A stretch of 64,000 nt of DNA, from NCBI RefSeq assembly GCF_963921235.1, contig NC_086098.1:6200001-6264000 (forward strand), in the 5' to 3' direction. The DNA comes from Mobula hypostoma. Lineage: Eukaryota. Each line of letters opens with the position of its first letter. The first letter of the stretch is position 1. Below are positions 49,016 through 62,455 of the stretch, one piece after another. The translations under genes were made by a program, and so were the position numbers. A model generated the notes under the pieces. That model saw only the letters and a program-made list of their open reading frames with translations, was not told where the DNA came from and did no database searches.

Positions 49016-51470
49016 TCATTAAGAACAAGGATTTCAATGTTTAACAGAAGTTTACATTGATACAGGGATGGTAGGAGTATGGAGGGCTATGGTCCCGATG
49101 CAGGTCGATGGGAGTAGGCAGTTTAAATGGCTCGGCATGGGCTAGACAGGCCAAAGGGCCTGCTGCTGTCCTGTACTTTTCTATAACTCTATGACCTGCA
49201 TAAAAATAAAACGTCTTTATGAAAAGATGCAGTATGTGTTTCTCAGTTCTGTTTGCTGGGAACAAAGACTGTAAATCACAGGAAAAAGATTCGTATTGTG
49301 ATTACAATGATCTACTACCATTTTGGCTTCTTACTCTTCCCATCAGAGAATAAAGGTTTGCAAACACGTTTTTATAGATGTTATCTGTTCGAAAACACTG
49401 ATGGATGGTGGTGGAGTCTGTCACGGCAACTAATTTAAAGTGTCTGAGTTACATGGGTTGCACATGGACTACTGCAGAGGTTATCGTTTATGATATCTAT
49501 TAGAGAAGTGTAAAGCGATTTGTCTAAGGTCCAGTATTTCAACTAGATATCTCACATAGAAACATAAAAACAGAGAAAATCTACAGCACAATACAAGCCC
49601 TTCAGTCCACAATGCTGTGCTGAATATGTACTTACTTTAGAAAATACCTAGGGTTACCCACATACTTCTATTTTTCTAAGCTCTATGTACCGATCCAAGA
49701 GTCTCTTAAAAGACCCTATTGTATCCGTCTCCACCACCGCCGCTGGCAGCCCATTCCACACACCAACCACTCTCTGTGTAAAAACACTTACCCCTGACAT
49801 CTTCTCTGTACCTGCTTCCAAGCACCTTAAAACTGTGACCTTTCACATTAGCCATTTCAGCCCTGGGGAAAAGCCTCTGACTATCCACACGATCAATGCC
49901 TCTCATTATCTTATACACCTCTATCAGGTCACCTCTCATCCTCCGCCGCTCCAAGGAGAAAAGCCTGAGTTCACTCAACCTGTTCTCGTAGGGCATGCTC
50001 CCCAATCCAGGGAACACCCTTGTAGATCTCCTCTGCCCCCTTTCTATGGTTTCCACATCCTTCCTGTAGTGAGGTGACCAGAACTGAGCACAGTACTCCA
50101 AGTGGGGTCTGACCAGGGTCCTATATAGCTGCAACATTACCTCTTGGCTCCTAAATTCAATTCCACGATTGATGAAGGCCCATACACTGTACGCCTTCTT
50201 AACCACAGAGTCAACCTGCGCAGCAGCTTTGAGTGTCCTATGGACTCAGACCCCAAGATACCTCTGATCCTCCACACTGCCATGAGTCTTACTATTAATG
50301 CTGTATTCTGCCATCATATTTGACCTACCAAAATGAACCATCTCACACTTATCTGGGTTGAACTCCATCTGCCACTTCTCAGCCCAGCTTTGCATCCTAT
50401 CAATGTCCCACTGTAACCTCTGACAGCCCTCCACACTATCCACAACAACCCCAACCTTTGTGTCATCAGAAAATTTACTAACCCATCCCTCCACTTCCCC
50501 ATCCAGAACATTTATAAAAATCACGAAGAGTAGGGGTCCCAGAGCAGACCCCTGAGGCACATCACTTGTCACCGACCTCCATGCAGAATATCATCCATCT
50601 ACAATCACTCTTTGCCTTCTGTGGGCAAGCCAATTCTGGATCCATAAATCAATGTCCCCTTGGATCCCATGCCTCCTTCCTTTCTCAATAAGTCTTGCAT
50701 GAGGTACCTTATCAAATGCCTTGCTGAAATCCATATACACTACATCTACGGCTCTACCTTCATCAATGTGTTTAGTCACATCCTCAAAAAGTTCAATCAG
50801 GCTCGTAAGGCACAACCTGCCTTTGACAAAGCCATGCTGACTATTCCTAATCATATTATGCCTCTCCAAATGTTCATAAATCCTGCCTCTCAGCATCTTT
50901 TTCATCAAGTTACCAACCACTGAAGTAAGACTCTACTCGCTTTCTTGAATAAGGGAAAACATCTGCAACACTCCAGTCCTCCGTAACCTCCCCCGTCCTC
51001 ATTGATGATGCAAAGATCAATGCCAGAGACTCAGCAATCTCCTTCATTGCTTCCCTCAGTAGCCTGGGGTACATTTCGTCTGGTCCCGGAGACTTATCCA
51101 ACATGATGCTTTCGAAAAGCTCTAGGACATCCTCTTTCTTCATGTCTATATGCCCAAGCTTTTCAGTCCGCTGCAAGTCATCCCTACAATCGCCAAGATC
51201 CTTTTCCGTAGTGAATACTGTAGCAAAGTATTCATTAAGTACCTCTGCTGTCTCCTCCAGTTCTATACACACTTTTCCACTGTCACACTTGATTAGTCCT
51301 ATTCTCTTACATCTTATCCTCTTGCTCTTCACATACTTGTAGAATACCTTGGAGTTTTCTTTAATCCTGCTCACCAAGCCTTCGCATGGCCCCTTCTGCC
51401 TCTCTCAATTTCATTCTTTAGCTCCTTCTCTGCTTGCCTTATAATATTCTAGATCTCTATCATTACTTTG

Positions 51471-52865
51471 TGCAATGTTCCGTTATATTGGCTCGTATAT
51501 GTCTAGGGGAAATCCCACCCAGTACCTGCCTCAACACTCCCCGCAGTGTCAGTTGCCACCCGAATCAATTTCAAACATCAACCATCAGCCAGCACACCCA
51601 GTAAATTTTAACAAGTACACTTTATAGATGTTACTAATTCTATGACATTAATATAAATTTGATACAGAGAGGAAAATAATGAAAAAAAAGGCGCCAACAC
51701 TTATCAAAGTCCAAGTTCTTCGTGCACTACCGTTGGAGCTCAATCGATTCCTGACGACCACCCGAATCCTGTCGACTCACGGCTCGGGATCACCCGGAGT
51801 GATCAACTGGAGCCTTTCACACGTCCGCGATCCTCCCCGTCTCTCTGTCGTCCTCCCCGTCTCTCCTCCGACTCCCCGTCTCTCCTCCGTCCTCCCAGTC
51901 TCTCCTCCGACTCCCCGTCTCTTTTCTGTCTCCCCACCAAAACCCTGTCTGCCGTCCTTCCCATCTCTCCTCCGACTCCCCGCCAAAACCCCGTCCACCG
52001 TCCTCCTCATCTCTCCTCTGACTCCCCCGCAAAACCCCGTCCACCATCGTCCTCGTCTCTCCTCCGACTCCCCATCTCTCCACCATCCTCCCCGTCTCTC
52101 CACCGTCCTCCCCGTCTCTCCTCCGACTCCCCGCCAAAACCCCGTCCACCGTCCTCCTCGTCTTTCCTCCAACTCCCCGTCTCTCCACCATCCTCCCCGT
52201 CTCTCCTCCGACTCCTCGTCTCTTTTCTGTCTCCCTGCCAAAACCCCGTCTGCCAACCTCCCCGTCTCTCCTCCGACTCCCCGTCTCTCCACCGTCCTCC
52301 CCGTCTCTCCTCCGACTCCCCGTCTCTCCTCCGACTCCTCGTCTCTTTTCTGTCTCCCCACCAAAACTCTGTCCACCGTCCTCCCCATCTCTCCTCCGAC
52401 TCCCCGCCAAAACCCCGTCCACCGTCCTCCTCGTCTCTCCTCCAACTCCCCCCCAAAACCCCATCCACCGTCGTCCTCGTCTCTCCTCCGACTCCCCGTC
52501 TCTCCACCATCCTCCCCGTCTCTCCACCGTCCTCCCCGTCTCTCCTCCGACTCCCCGCCAAAAGCCCGTCCACCGTCCTCCTCGTCTCTCCTCCAACTCC
52601 CTGTCTCTCCTCCGACTCCCTCCCAAAACCCTGTCCACCGTCCTCGCCGTCTCTCCTCCGACTCCCCCCAAAAACCCCGTCCACAGTCATATGATACAGC
52701 ATTGTATCCGAAAACAAAATGATACACGGCCACCCATTGGTTAATAGCACCCTGCTATCTCTAATAACCCAAGCAACTGTCTAGTTAGAGACTTTCTCAG
52801 CATTCCTCAGTATAACATAACAAGAGAAGCCATTTTAAATTTAACAAAAAGAAAGACCCCATACA
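51471..52865. mobile_element. Probable solo LTR (ERV/Gypsy-like) with internal repeat expansion
   Basis: TG..CA termini, flanks TTTG/CTTG (one mismatch), clean interruption of the CR1, CpG-rich. Confidence 0.55.
51830..52685. repeat. Complex C-rich minisatellite
   Basis: Shuffled modules CTCCCCGTCTCTCCTCCGA, CCAAAACCCCGTCCACCGTC, CTCTCCACCATC and CTCTTTTCTGT. Confidence 0.92.
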
Positions 52866-54619
52866 CTTGTTTTTTGAACCTTTCGTAAGCGTTTCTTCTT
52901 GACTAGATTCTCAACAGCCTTTGTACACCACAGTTCCTGTACCCTACCATCCTTTCCCTGTGACATTGAAACGCACCTTTGCAGAACCCCACGCAAATAT
53001 CCCCTGAACATTTGCTACATTTCTGCCCTACATTTCCCTGAGAACATCTGTTCCGAATTTATGCTTTACATTTCCATCTATAAAGTTCAAAGCAAATTTA
53101 TCATCCAAATACATTTATGTCATTATATAGTACCCTGGGGTTCATTTTCTTGCAGGCATTTACAGTAAAACAAAGAAATGCAACAGAATCAATGGGAAAA
53201 AGCACACAAACAAATTCTGATAACCAATGTGCAGAAGAAGATCAACTGTAAATACATACATACACAAATAGTAATGAGAACATGAGTTATAGAGTCCTTG
53301 AAAGTGAGTCTAGAATTGAGGTGAGTGAAGTTGTCCATGCTGAAATTATCAGAATCAGAGACATGCATAATCAATCCCTTGGCCTTTCTGATATCAAGTG
53401 TAAGGTCACTGTTGTGAGATCATGCAACCAGCTGACCTATCTCACTCCTGAGCACCTCCTCATCACTATCTGTCAACAATAGTTGTATTATCGGCAAATT
53501 TATAGATGGAATTTTGAGTTGTGCTAGCCACATAGTCTTGGGTGTAAAGTGATGGTACTGGGATTTTTGAACGTGAAGTTCTAAACTCAAATTATAAATA
53601 ATCATGGTTATCTTCACGAAAGGGAAGTTATACTGTAACTACCCAATCTTTAAAGACTAATTGACTTCAAAAACACAGGTAAAATTCCTATAACCTAAAA
53701 TGCTATACCTATGAACCGCAGATGAACCAGTTATGCGTTGCAGAAATCAAAGACAAAGGAATAGATTCTAGTTCACCCCGTGTTTCTGTCATGTTTCTTG
53801 ATGTTTGTGGAACATTCTTAATAAGCCAGAATTGCTCTCTACATTTAGAAATTCTCTTTGCCACTTGGGTAAATTCACACACATATGATATTTTTTCCAC
53901 TACCTTTTAACACGTGGTCTAAAAGCTTTTGGAAACAGAGACCTCTGGTATCTTCAATTAATGCTGTGAAACTGGCTCTTCGAGTACATAAACCTTCCAA
54001 CTTATCAATTGATTAGCTGTTGATATGCGAAGTGATAACATCAATCTAGTCTCTAAACTTCCTTGAAATAAACAACTTAGCCAGCATTGTCTATTTTGAA
54101 ACAAGATAAAAATAAACTTAAATAACCTATTGTCTTTAGGAATTAGACTATGGGCTAGCATGTCCGTGACTCTTTCGACAGTGCCTGTTTACAAAGCTGC
54201 TGTGTTAACTTCAAACTGATTACTGCTTGCCTTGCGCATCAAAAACTAAAGACTGGCTCCCCTTTATGACAAGCAACTAAACAAAGAAAATCAGTTGGCA
54301 GTCCCATTCAAAAATAGCACTTTCATCTGTAGAAGTGTCAGCTGTTGTGTCTAGGAAGCTGAGTTTGGCAAAAAAAGAGACTATCTTGCCCAAAGTCAGT
54401 GAATATCAATCACAGTAAAGAGAGTAGAAGAGTGGGCCAAGCACCTATCCTTGCGATGCATCAGTGTTGATTGCCAGCGAGGAGGAGATAATATTTCCAA
54501 TTCACATTGTGGTCTCCCAGTATTTAGAAGCATTAAAGATTCAAATAATGGAATCAAAATTTGTGCATGCACACCTTTTCAGAAGAATTCTCAACAATTA
54601 TGCGCATATTGTCAACCAC

Positions 54620-54970
54620 CACATGCTCTCTTCTTGTTGCTGTCATCAGGAAGAAGGTACAAGAGCCTCTGGATTCACGTCTCCAGGTTCAGGAAGAGTT
54701 ACTACCCCTCAACCAACAAGCTCTTGAATCAAAAGGAAGAATTGCACTCACCTTCAGTTACCCTCAACCAATGAACTTACTTTCAAGACCCTTCATCTCA
54801 TGTCCTCAATATTTATTGCATATTTATTTATTATTATTTCATTCTTTTTGTATTTGCACAGTTTGCTGTCTTGTGCACTGTGGTTGAACACGCAATATGT
54901 GCAGTTTTTCACTGATTCTGTCATGGTTAATATTCTGTAGATTTATTGAGTATGCCCACAAGAAAAACTG
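54620..54970 (+). mobile_element. Rex1/Babar 3' end fragment
   Basis: HALFLLLSSGRRYKSL..RFRKSYYPS. Confidence 0.75.
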
Positions 54971-55444
54971 TGGAAGTATGATTGATATTTACTTTTGGGG
55001 GTGTGAGAGGCTTATTGCTAACCTTAGCTTTCTAGCACAGCAGCAGAACCTTTCCAAAGAGTCAGAGTTGTTTGTGACAATGTTAAACTTCTAACATAGC
55101 TCATCCTCTTGTTGCTGAAGCCAATCTTCAGTTCTTGATGAAAATTGCAAGCAATAATCAGTCTGAAATTAAAAAGCAGAACATTGCAAACAAACAGCGA
55201 TATCTACAGAGCACTGGCTGTTGGCCCACAGCAGGTGAATGGATGGAATACAAAGTGAGGTGTATGTTATGAAGTTTCTGTTCCACAGTTATAAGACAAA
55301 TGAACGGTAAACTGGTACAATAAGACAGACTTCACAATCTACTTCGTTATTATCTTGCACTAACTGTTGTACCTAGCACTACCCCTGTAGGAGGCATGTA
55401 TCTATTTTCTGTTTGTCTGCATTGTATTTTGTGTTGTGCCTTTT

Positions 55445-55701
55445 TGTTATGGATGTGTGGGTTTGGGTATGGTAGAAGCCAATGAGTATAATCGTATTCA
55501 CCATTTGTGCCATTAGTTTAGCAAGAGAGAGACACGGTCGGAATTTTTCTGTTGATTGCTTATTTTATTATTTCGCTTGTTTCACTTTTTACGCTAATTC
55601 TGATATCGCTAATTTTGATTGTTCATCGTAAATAAAGTTTATAAAAAATAGTTCCATGATAAAGGATTGAGCATACTTCTTTTGGCTAGCAGCTCAGTCA
55701 C
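55445..55701 (+). mobile_element. Possible old solo LTR
   Basis: TGT..ACA ends with CCAAT, TATAA and AATAAA in order; no TSD seen. Confidence 0.3.
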
Positions 55702-56011
55702 AGCGCTGAGCAGCATTGCTTCCATATTGTACTGTCTCAGTACTTTTATATTTGTGTGCTGTAGCACTTTTTATTCACAGTTATTTTGTAAATAACACTA
55801 TTCTTTGCATTTCTGGTCAGATGCTAAATGCATTTCATTGGCTTTGTATCTGTACTCAGCACAATGACAATAAAATTGAATCTAATCTAATCTATTTGTA
55901 AGTATGTCACAGTGTTAAATCGGACACTCAGTTTCTCAGCAGTTTTGGTATGCTTTTCAGAGTCAGAAACAGGTTTTGTGGCAACAGTATAATGCAATAC
56001 ACAGTAATAGA

Positions 56012-57780
56012 TACATAGAAACATAGAAAACCTACAGCACAAAACAGGCCCTTTGACCCAGAAAGCTGTGCCAAACATGTCTCTACCTTAGAGCTACCTA
56101 GGTTTTACCCATAGCCCTCTATTTTCCTAAGCTCCATGTCGCCATCCAGGAGTCCCTTAAAAGAGCCTGTCGTTTCCACCTCCACCACCGCTGCCAGCAG
56201 CCCATTCCACACACTCACCACTCTCTGCGTAAAAGACTTACCCCTGACGTCTACTCTGTACGTACTTCCAAGCACTTTAAAACTATGTCCTCTCGTGCTA
56301 GCCATTTCAGCCCTGGGGAAAAGCCTTTGACTATCCACGCGATCAATACCTCTCATTATCTTGTACACCTCTATCAGGTCACCTCTCATCCTCCGTCTCT
56401 CCAAGGAGAAAAGGCCAAGTTCACTCAACCTATTCTCATAAGGCATGCTCCCCAATCCAGGCAACATCCTTGTAAGTCTCCTTTCCACCCATCCTATGGT
56501 TTCAACGTCTTTCTTGTAGTGAGGCGACCAGAATCGAGCACAATACTCCAAGTGGGGTCTGGCCAGGGTCCTATATAGCTGCAACATGACCTCTCGGCTC
56601 TTAAACTCATTCACACGATTGATGAAGGCCAATACACCGTATGCCTTCTTAACCACAGAGTCAACCTGCGCAGCCGCTTTGAGTGTCTTATGGACTTGGA
56701 CCTCAAGATCCCTCTGATCCTCCACACTGCCAAGAGTCTTACCATTAATACTATATTCTGCCATCATATTTGACTTAGTAAAATGAAACACCTCACACTT
56801 ATCTGGGTTGAACTCCATCTGCCACTTCTCAGCCCAGCTTTGTATTCTATCAATGTACCACTGTAACCTCTGACAGCCCTCCACACTATCCACAACACTC
56901 CCAACCTTTGTGTCATCAACAAATTTACTAACCCATCCCTCCACTTCCTCATCCAGGTCATTTATAAAAATCACGAATAGTAGGGGTCTCAGAACAGATC
57001 CCTGAGGCACACCACTGGTCACCGACCTCCATGCAGAATGTGACCCATATACAACCACACTTTGCCTTCTGTGGGCAAGCCAATTCTGGATCCACAAAGC
57101 AATGTCCCCTTGGATTCCATGCCTCTTTACTTTCTCAATAAGCCTTGCATGGGGTACCTTGTCAAATGCCTTTCTAAAGTCCATATGCACTACATCTACG
57201 GCTTTACCTTCATCGATGTGCTTAGTCACATCCTCAAAAAATTCAATCAGGCTCGTAAGGCATGACCTGCCTTTGACAAAGCCATGTTGACTATTCCTAA
57301 TCATATTATGCCTCTCCAAATATTCATAAATCCTGCCTCTCAGGATCTTCTCCATCAACTTACCAACCACTGAATTAAGACTCACTGGCCTATAATTTTC
57401 TGGGCTATCCCTACTCCCTTTCTTGAATAAGGGAACAACATCTGCAACACTCCAATACTCTGGATCCTCTCCCATCCTCATTGATGACGTAAAGATTATC
57501 GCCAGAGGCTCAACAATCTCCTCCCTTGCTTCCAATAATAGCCTGGGGTACATCCCGTCTGGTGCCGGTGACTTATCCAACTTGATGCTTTCCAAAAGCA
57601 CAGCACATCTCTTCATTAATATCTACATTCTCAAACATTTCAATCCACTGCAAGTTATCCCTACAATCGCCAAGATCCTTTTCCGTATTAAATACAGAAG
57701 CATAGTATTCATTAAGTACCTCCGCGATTTCCTCCGGTTCCATACACACACTTCTACGGTCACACTTGATTGGTCGTATT
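56012..57780 (-). mobile_element. Young CR1 LINE, 5'-truncated
   Basis: (CTATGTTT)n tail and long open RT frame. Confidence 0.93.
56105..57616 (-). CDS. CR1 ORF2 RT domain plus C-terminus, 503 codons open (no endonuclease; likely non-functional copy)
   Basis: [50 protein letters not shown]. Confidence 0.8.
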   Translation of the reverse strand: MKRCAVLLESIKLDKSPAPDGMYPRLLLEAREEIVEPLAIIFTSSMRMGEDPEYWSVADVVPLFKKGSRDSPENYRPVSLNSVVGKLMEKILRGRIYEYLERHNMIRNSQHGFVKGRSCLTSLIEFFEDVTKHIDEGKAVDVVHMDFRKAFDKVPHARLIEKVKRHGIQGDIALWIQNWLAHRRQSVVVYGSHSAWRSVTSGVPQGSVLRPLLFVIFINDLDEEVEGWVSKFVDDTKVGSVVDSVEGCQRLQWYIDRIQSWAEKWQMEFNPDKCEVFHFTKSNMMAEYSINGKTLGSVEDQRDLEVQVHKTLKAAAQVDSVVKKAYGVLAFINRVNEFKSREVMLQLYRTLARPHLEYCARFWSPHYKKDVETIGWVERRLTRMLPGLGSMPYENRLSELGLFSLERRRMRGDLIEVYKIMRGIDRVDSQRLFPRAEMASTRGHSFKVLGSTYRVDVRGKSFTQRVVSVWNGLLAAVVEVETTGSFKGLLDGDMELRKIEGYG

Positions 57781-57784
57781 CTAT

Positions 57785-59200
57785 AACCATATAACCATAT
57801 AACAATTACAGCACGGAAACATGCTATCTTGGCCCTTCTAGTCCGTGCCAAACACTTACTCTCACCTAGTCCCACCGACCTGCACTCAGTCCATAACCTT
57901 TCATTCCTTTCCTGTCCGTGTAGCTATCCAATTTTACTTTAAATGACAATATTGAACCTGCCTCTATCACTTCTACTGGAAGCACGTTCCACACAGCTAC
58001 CACTCTCTGAGTAAAGAAGTTCCCCCTTGTGTTACCCCTAAACATTTGACCCCTAACTCTCAACTCACGTCCTCTTGTTTGAATCTCCCCTACTCTCAAT
58101 GGAAAAAAGCCTACCCATGTCAACACTATCTATCCCCCTCATAATTTTAAATACCTCTATCAAGTCCCCCCTCAACCTTCTACACTCCAAAGAATAAAGA
58201 CCCAACTTGTTCAACCTTTCTCTGTGACTTAGATGTCGTAACCTCATCCTTGACAATCGAATCCAACAATTTCCCAACCACCGATGTCAAGCTAACATTT
58301 CTATAATTTCCTTTTTGCTGCCTTGCCCCCTTCTTAAATAGCGGAGTGACATTTGCAATCTTTCAGTCCTCCGGAACCATGCCAGAATCTATTGACTTTT
58401 GAAAGATCATTGCTAATGCATCCGCAATCTCCACAGCTACTTCCTTCAGAACCCGAGGGTGCATTCCGTCTGGTTCGGGAGATTTATCTACCATTAGACT
58501 ATTCAGCTTCCCGAGTACTTTCTCTGTTGTAAATGTGACTGCGCACACTTCTCTTCCCTGCCACCCTTGAGTGTCCAGTATATTGCTGATGTCTTCCTCA
58601 GTGAAGACTGATGCAAAATACTCGTTCAGTTCCTCCACCATCTCCTTATCTCCCATTACAATTTCTCCAGCATCATTTTCTATCAGTCCTATATCTACTC
58701 TCACCTGTCTTTTACTCCTTATATACTTGAAAAAGCTTTTAGTATCCTCTTTGATATTATTTGCTAACTTCCTTTCATAGTTCATCTTTTCCCTCTTAAT
58801 GACCTTCTTAGTTTCCTTTTGTAAGGTTTTAAAAACTTCCCAATCCTCTGTCTTCCCACTAATTTTTGCTTCCTTATATGCCCTCTCCTTTGCTTTAACT
58901 TTGGCTTTGACTTCTCTTGTCAGTCACGGTTGCATCCTTTTTCCATTCGAAAATTTCTTCTTTTTTGGAATATCCATGTAAACTAATGAACCAAGAGGCC
59001 TGTAATTACTTCTGTTGTCTAAACAGAAGTTTAGGCAACAGAAGTTTAGGTCTCTTGGTTCATTAGTCTTTCACCTTCCTCACTTCTCGCATAAACTCCA
59101 GCCACTGCTGCTCTGCCGTCCTTCCCGCTAGTGCCCCTTTCCAGTCAACTTTGGCCAGTTCCTCTCTCATGCCACTGTAATTTCCTTTACTCCACTGAAA
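57785..59200 (-). mobile_element. Further CR1 fragments (3' end 57785-58235 with (ATATGGTT)n tail; ORF2 middle 58240-59200)
   Basis: LGLYSLECRRLRGDLIE; DKSPEPDGMHPRVLKE. Confidence 0.85.
58982..59067. repeat. Near-perfect fold-back inverted repeat
   Basis: Outer arms 58982-59001/59048-59067; inner arms 59008-59024/59029-59045; loop AGAA. Confidence 0.9.
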
Positions 59201-61275
59201 TACGAGGTAATGATAGGAACCTAGAAGATTATAAGGCTAGCATGAAGGAGCTTAAGAATGAAATTAGGAGAGCCAGAAGGGTCCATGAGAAGGCCTTGGC
59301 AGACAGGATTAAGGAAATCCCCAAGGCATTCTACAAGTATGTGAAGAGCAAGAGAATAAGACATGACAGGGTGCATTGCTTGTCAGAGAAAATATTACAG
59401 CGGTGCTCTGGCAGGATAGATTAGAGGGCTCATCTAGGGAGGCTGTTTGGGTGGAATTGAGGAATGGGAAAAGTGTAGTAACACTTATAGGGGTGTATTA
59501 TAGACCACCTAATGGGAAGCAAGAATTGGAGGAGCAAATTTGTAAGGAGATAGCAGTAAGCACACTAATTTTCCACACATAGACTGGGAACCCCATACTG
59601 TCAAAGGGCTGGTTGGTTTGGAGTTTGTAAAATGTGTGCAGGATAGTTTTTTTTGCAGCAATACAATACAGAAGTACCAACTAGAGAAGGGGCAGTGTTG
59701 GATCTCCTGTTAGGGAATGAGATAGGTCAGGTGATGGAGGTATGTGTTGGGGAGCACATCGGGTCCAGTGATCACGATGCCATTAGTTTCAATATAATTA
59801 TGGAGAAGGATAGGTCTGGACCCAGGGTTGAGATTTTTGATTGGAGAAAGGCTAACTTTGAAGAGATGTGAAAGGATTTAGAAGGGGTGGATTGGGACAA
59901 TTTGTTTCATGGGAAGGATGTAACAGAGAAATGGAGGTCATTTAAAGGTGAAATTTTGAGGGTACAGAATCTTTATGCTCCTGTTAGGTTGAAAGGAAAC
60001 GTTAAAAGTTTGAGAGAACCATGGTTTTCCAGGGATATTGGAAACTTAGTTCGGAAAAAGAGAGACATCTACAATAAATATAGGCAGCATGGAGTAAATA
60101 AGGTGCTTGAGGAATATAAAGAATGTAAAATATGCCAAGATAGACATAACTCAGCATGGTTTCCTTAAAGGAAAATTCTGCCTGACAAACCTATTGCAAT
60201 TTTTTGAGGAAATTACAAGTAGGCTAGACAAGAGAGATGCAGTGGATGTCGTGTACTTGGATTTTCAGAAGGCCTTTGACAAGGTGCCGCATATGAGGCT
60301 GCTTAACAAGATAAGAGCCCATGGAATTACGGGAAAGTTACATATGTGGATAGGGCGTTGGCTGATTGGCAGGAAACAGAGAGTGGGAGTAAAGGGATCC
60401 TATTCTGGTTGGCTGCCGGTTACCAGTGATATTCCACAGGGGTCCGTGTTGGGGCCACTTCTTTTTACATTGTACATCAACGATTTAGATTATGGAATAG
60501 ATGGTTTTGTGGCTAAGTTTGCTGATGATATGAAGATAGGTGGAGGGGCTGGTAGTGCTGAGGAAACAGAGAGTCTGCAGAGAGGCTTGGATAGATTGGG
60601 AGAATGGACAAAGTAGTGGCAAATGAAATACAATGTTGGCATTCATTTCTAGAGGAATAGAGTATAGGAGCAGGGATGTGATGTTGAGGCTCTATTAGGC
60701 ACTGGTAAGACCTCATTTGGAGTACTGTGGGCAGTTTTGGGCTCCTTATTTAAGAAAAGATGTGCTGACGTTGCAGAAGGTTCAGAGAAGATTCACTAGA
60801 ATGATTCCGGGAATGAGAGGGTTAACATATGAGGAACATTTGTCCGCTCTTGGACTGTATTCCTTGGAGTTTAGAAGAATGAGGGGGGACCTCATAGAAA
60901 CATTTCAAATGTTGAAAGGCATGGACAGAGTGGATGTGGCAAAGTTGTTTCCCATGGTGGGAGAGTCTAGTACGAGAGGGCATGATTTAAGGATTGAAGG
61001 GCGCCCATTCGGAACAGAGATGCAAGGAAATTTTTTTAGCCACAGGGTGGTGAATCTGTGGAATTTGTTGCCACGTGCGGCAGTGGAGGCCAAGTCATTG
61101 GGTGTATTTAAGGCAGAGATTGATAGGTATCTGAGTAGCCAGGGCATCAAAGGTTATGGTGAGAAGGTAGGGGAGTGGGTCTAAATGGGAGAATGGATCA
61201 GCTCATGATAAAATGGCGGAGCAGACTCGATGGGCCGAATGGCCAACTTCTGCTCCTTTGTCTTATGGCCTTCTG
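59200..61275 (+). mobile_element. CR1 mosaic (endonuclease region and RT to 3' end)
   Basis: GVYYRPPN, PTREGAVLDLLL..SSDH, DFQKAFDKVPH, FADD, RVVNLWN. Confidence 0.88.
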
Positions 61276-61364
61276 GTCTTAAACCGAGATTAGTGTTTCC
61301 TTTAATACACCAGTTTCCACATGTTTCAGTGCTACTGCCAGAAAAAAATGAAAATTTCATCAAT

Positions 61365-62455
61365 TCACGAACAAGAGAAAATTTACAGGTGCTGAAATCC
61401 AAACAACACACACAAAATGCTGGAGGAACTCGGCAGACCAAGCACCATCTACAGAGAAAGGCAGAGTCAATGTTTTGGGTTGAGACCCTTCACCAGGACC
61501 GGAGAAAACAAGGCTGAGGAATAGATTTAAAAGGTGGGGCGAAGGGAGAGAGAAACACAAGGTGATAGCTGAAGGCTGAAGGGGGAGGGATGAAGTGAAG
61601 AGCTGAGAGGTTGATTGGTGAAAGAGATGTGGAGCTGGAGAAGGGGGAGTCTAATAGGAGAGACAGAAGGCCATGAAAGAAAGAAAAGGTGGAAGGAGCA
61701 CCAGAGGGAAGTGATGGGCAGGCAAGGAGATAAGGTGAGAGAGGGAAAAGGAGATGGGGAATGGTGAAAGAGAGGGGGTGAACGTCACCAGAAGTTCGAG
61801 AAATCGATGTTCATGCTATCAGGTTGGAGGCTACCCAAATGGAATATAAGATATTGTTCCTCCAACCTAAGTGTGGCCTCATCACGACAGTGGAGAAGGC
61901 CATGGATGGGCATATTGGAATGGGATTGGGAAGTGTAATTAAAATGGGTGGCAACTAGGAGATCTTGTTTGTTCTGGCAGATGGAGCATAGGTACTCTGT
62001 GAAATGGTCTCCCAATCTATGTCTGGTCTCACCAATAAACAGAAGTCCACACTGGGAGCATCAGATCAGTATATGACTCAAACAGACTCACAGGTGAGGT
62101 GTCGCCTCACCTGGAAGGACTATTTGGGGCCATGAATGGAGGTGAGGGAGGAAGTGTAGGAGCAGGTTTAGCACTTGTTTCGCTTGCAAGGATAAGTGCC
62201 AGGAAGGAGATCAGAGGGGAGGGACAAATGGACAAGAGAGCAATCCCTGCGGAAAGAAGAAAGTGGTGGGAGGAAAGATGTGTTTGGTGGTGGAATCGCA
62301 TTGGAGATGCCAGAAGTTATGGAGGATTATGTGCTGGATGCGGAGGCTGTTGGGGTGGAAGGTGAGGACAAGAGGAACCCTATCCCTGATAGTGTGGTGG
62401 GAGGATGGGGTGACAGCAGACATGTGAAATGGAAGAGAAGCGATTGATGGTGAAG
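61365..62455 (-). mobile_element. Older Penelope 3' fragment (linker, GIY-YIG, tail with decayed hammerhead at about 61465-61500)
   Basis: DRVPLVLTFHP..; GDHFTEYL..VATHFN..LEEQYLIFHLGSLQPD.MNIDFSNF. Confidence 0.88.

Larger units (their letters stand above)
49555..53075 (-). mobile_element. CR1 LINE with frameshifted ORF2, split by an LTR-like insert
   Basis: DFSKAFDKVPH, VPQGSALGPLLF, FSDDTK, LVRPHLEYC; CR1 text CTATCATTAC|..|TTGTTTTTTGAACC resumes after 52865. Confidence 0.92.

Noticed and set aside
51679..52750. 247-347-aa ORFs as host genes
   Set aside because: Low-complexity repeat open in several frames on both strands; no domain or splice evidence.
56105..57616. Domesticated RT gene
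   Set aside because: Closely similar to the broken CR1 copies at 21985-23712 and 49555-51465; best explained as a young truncated insertion.
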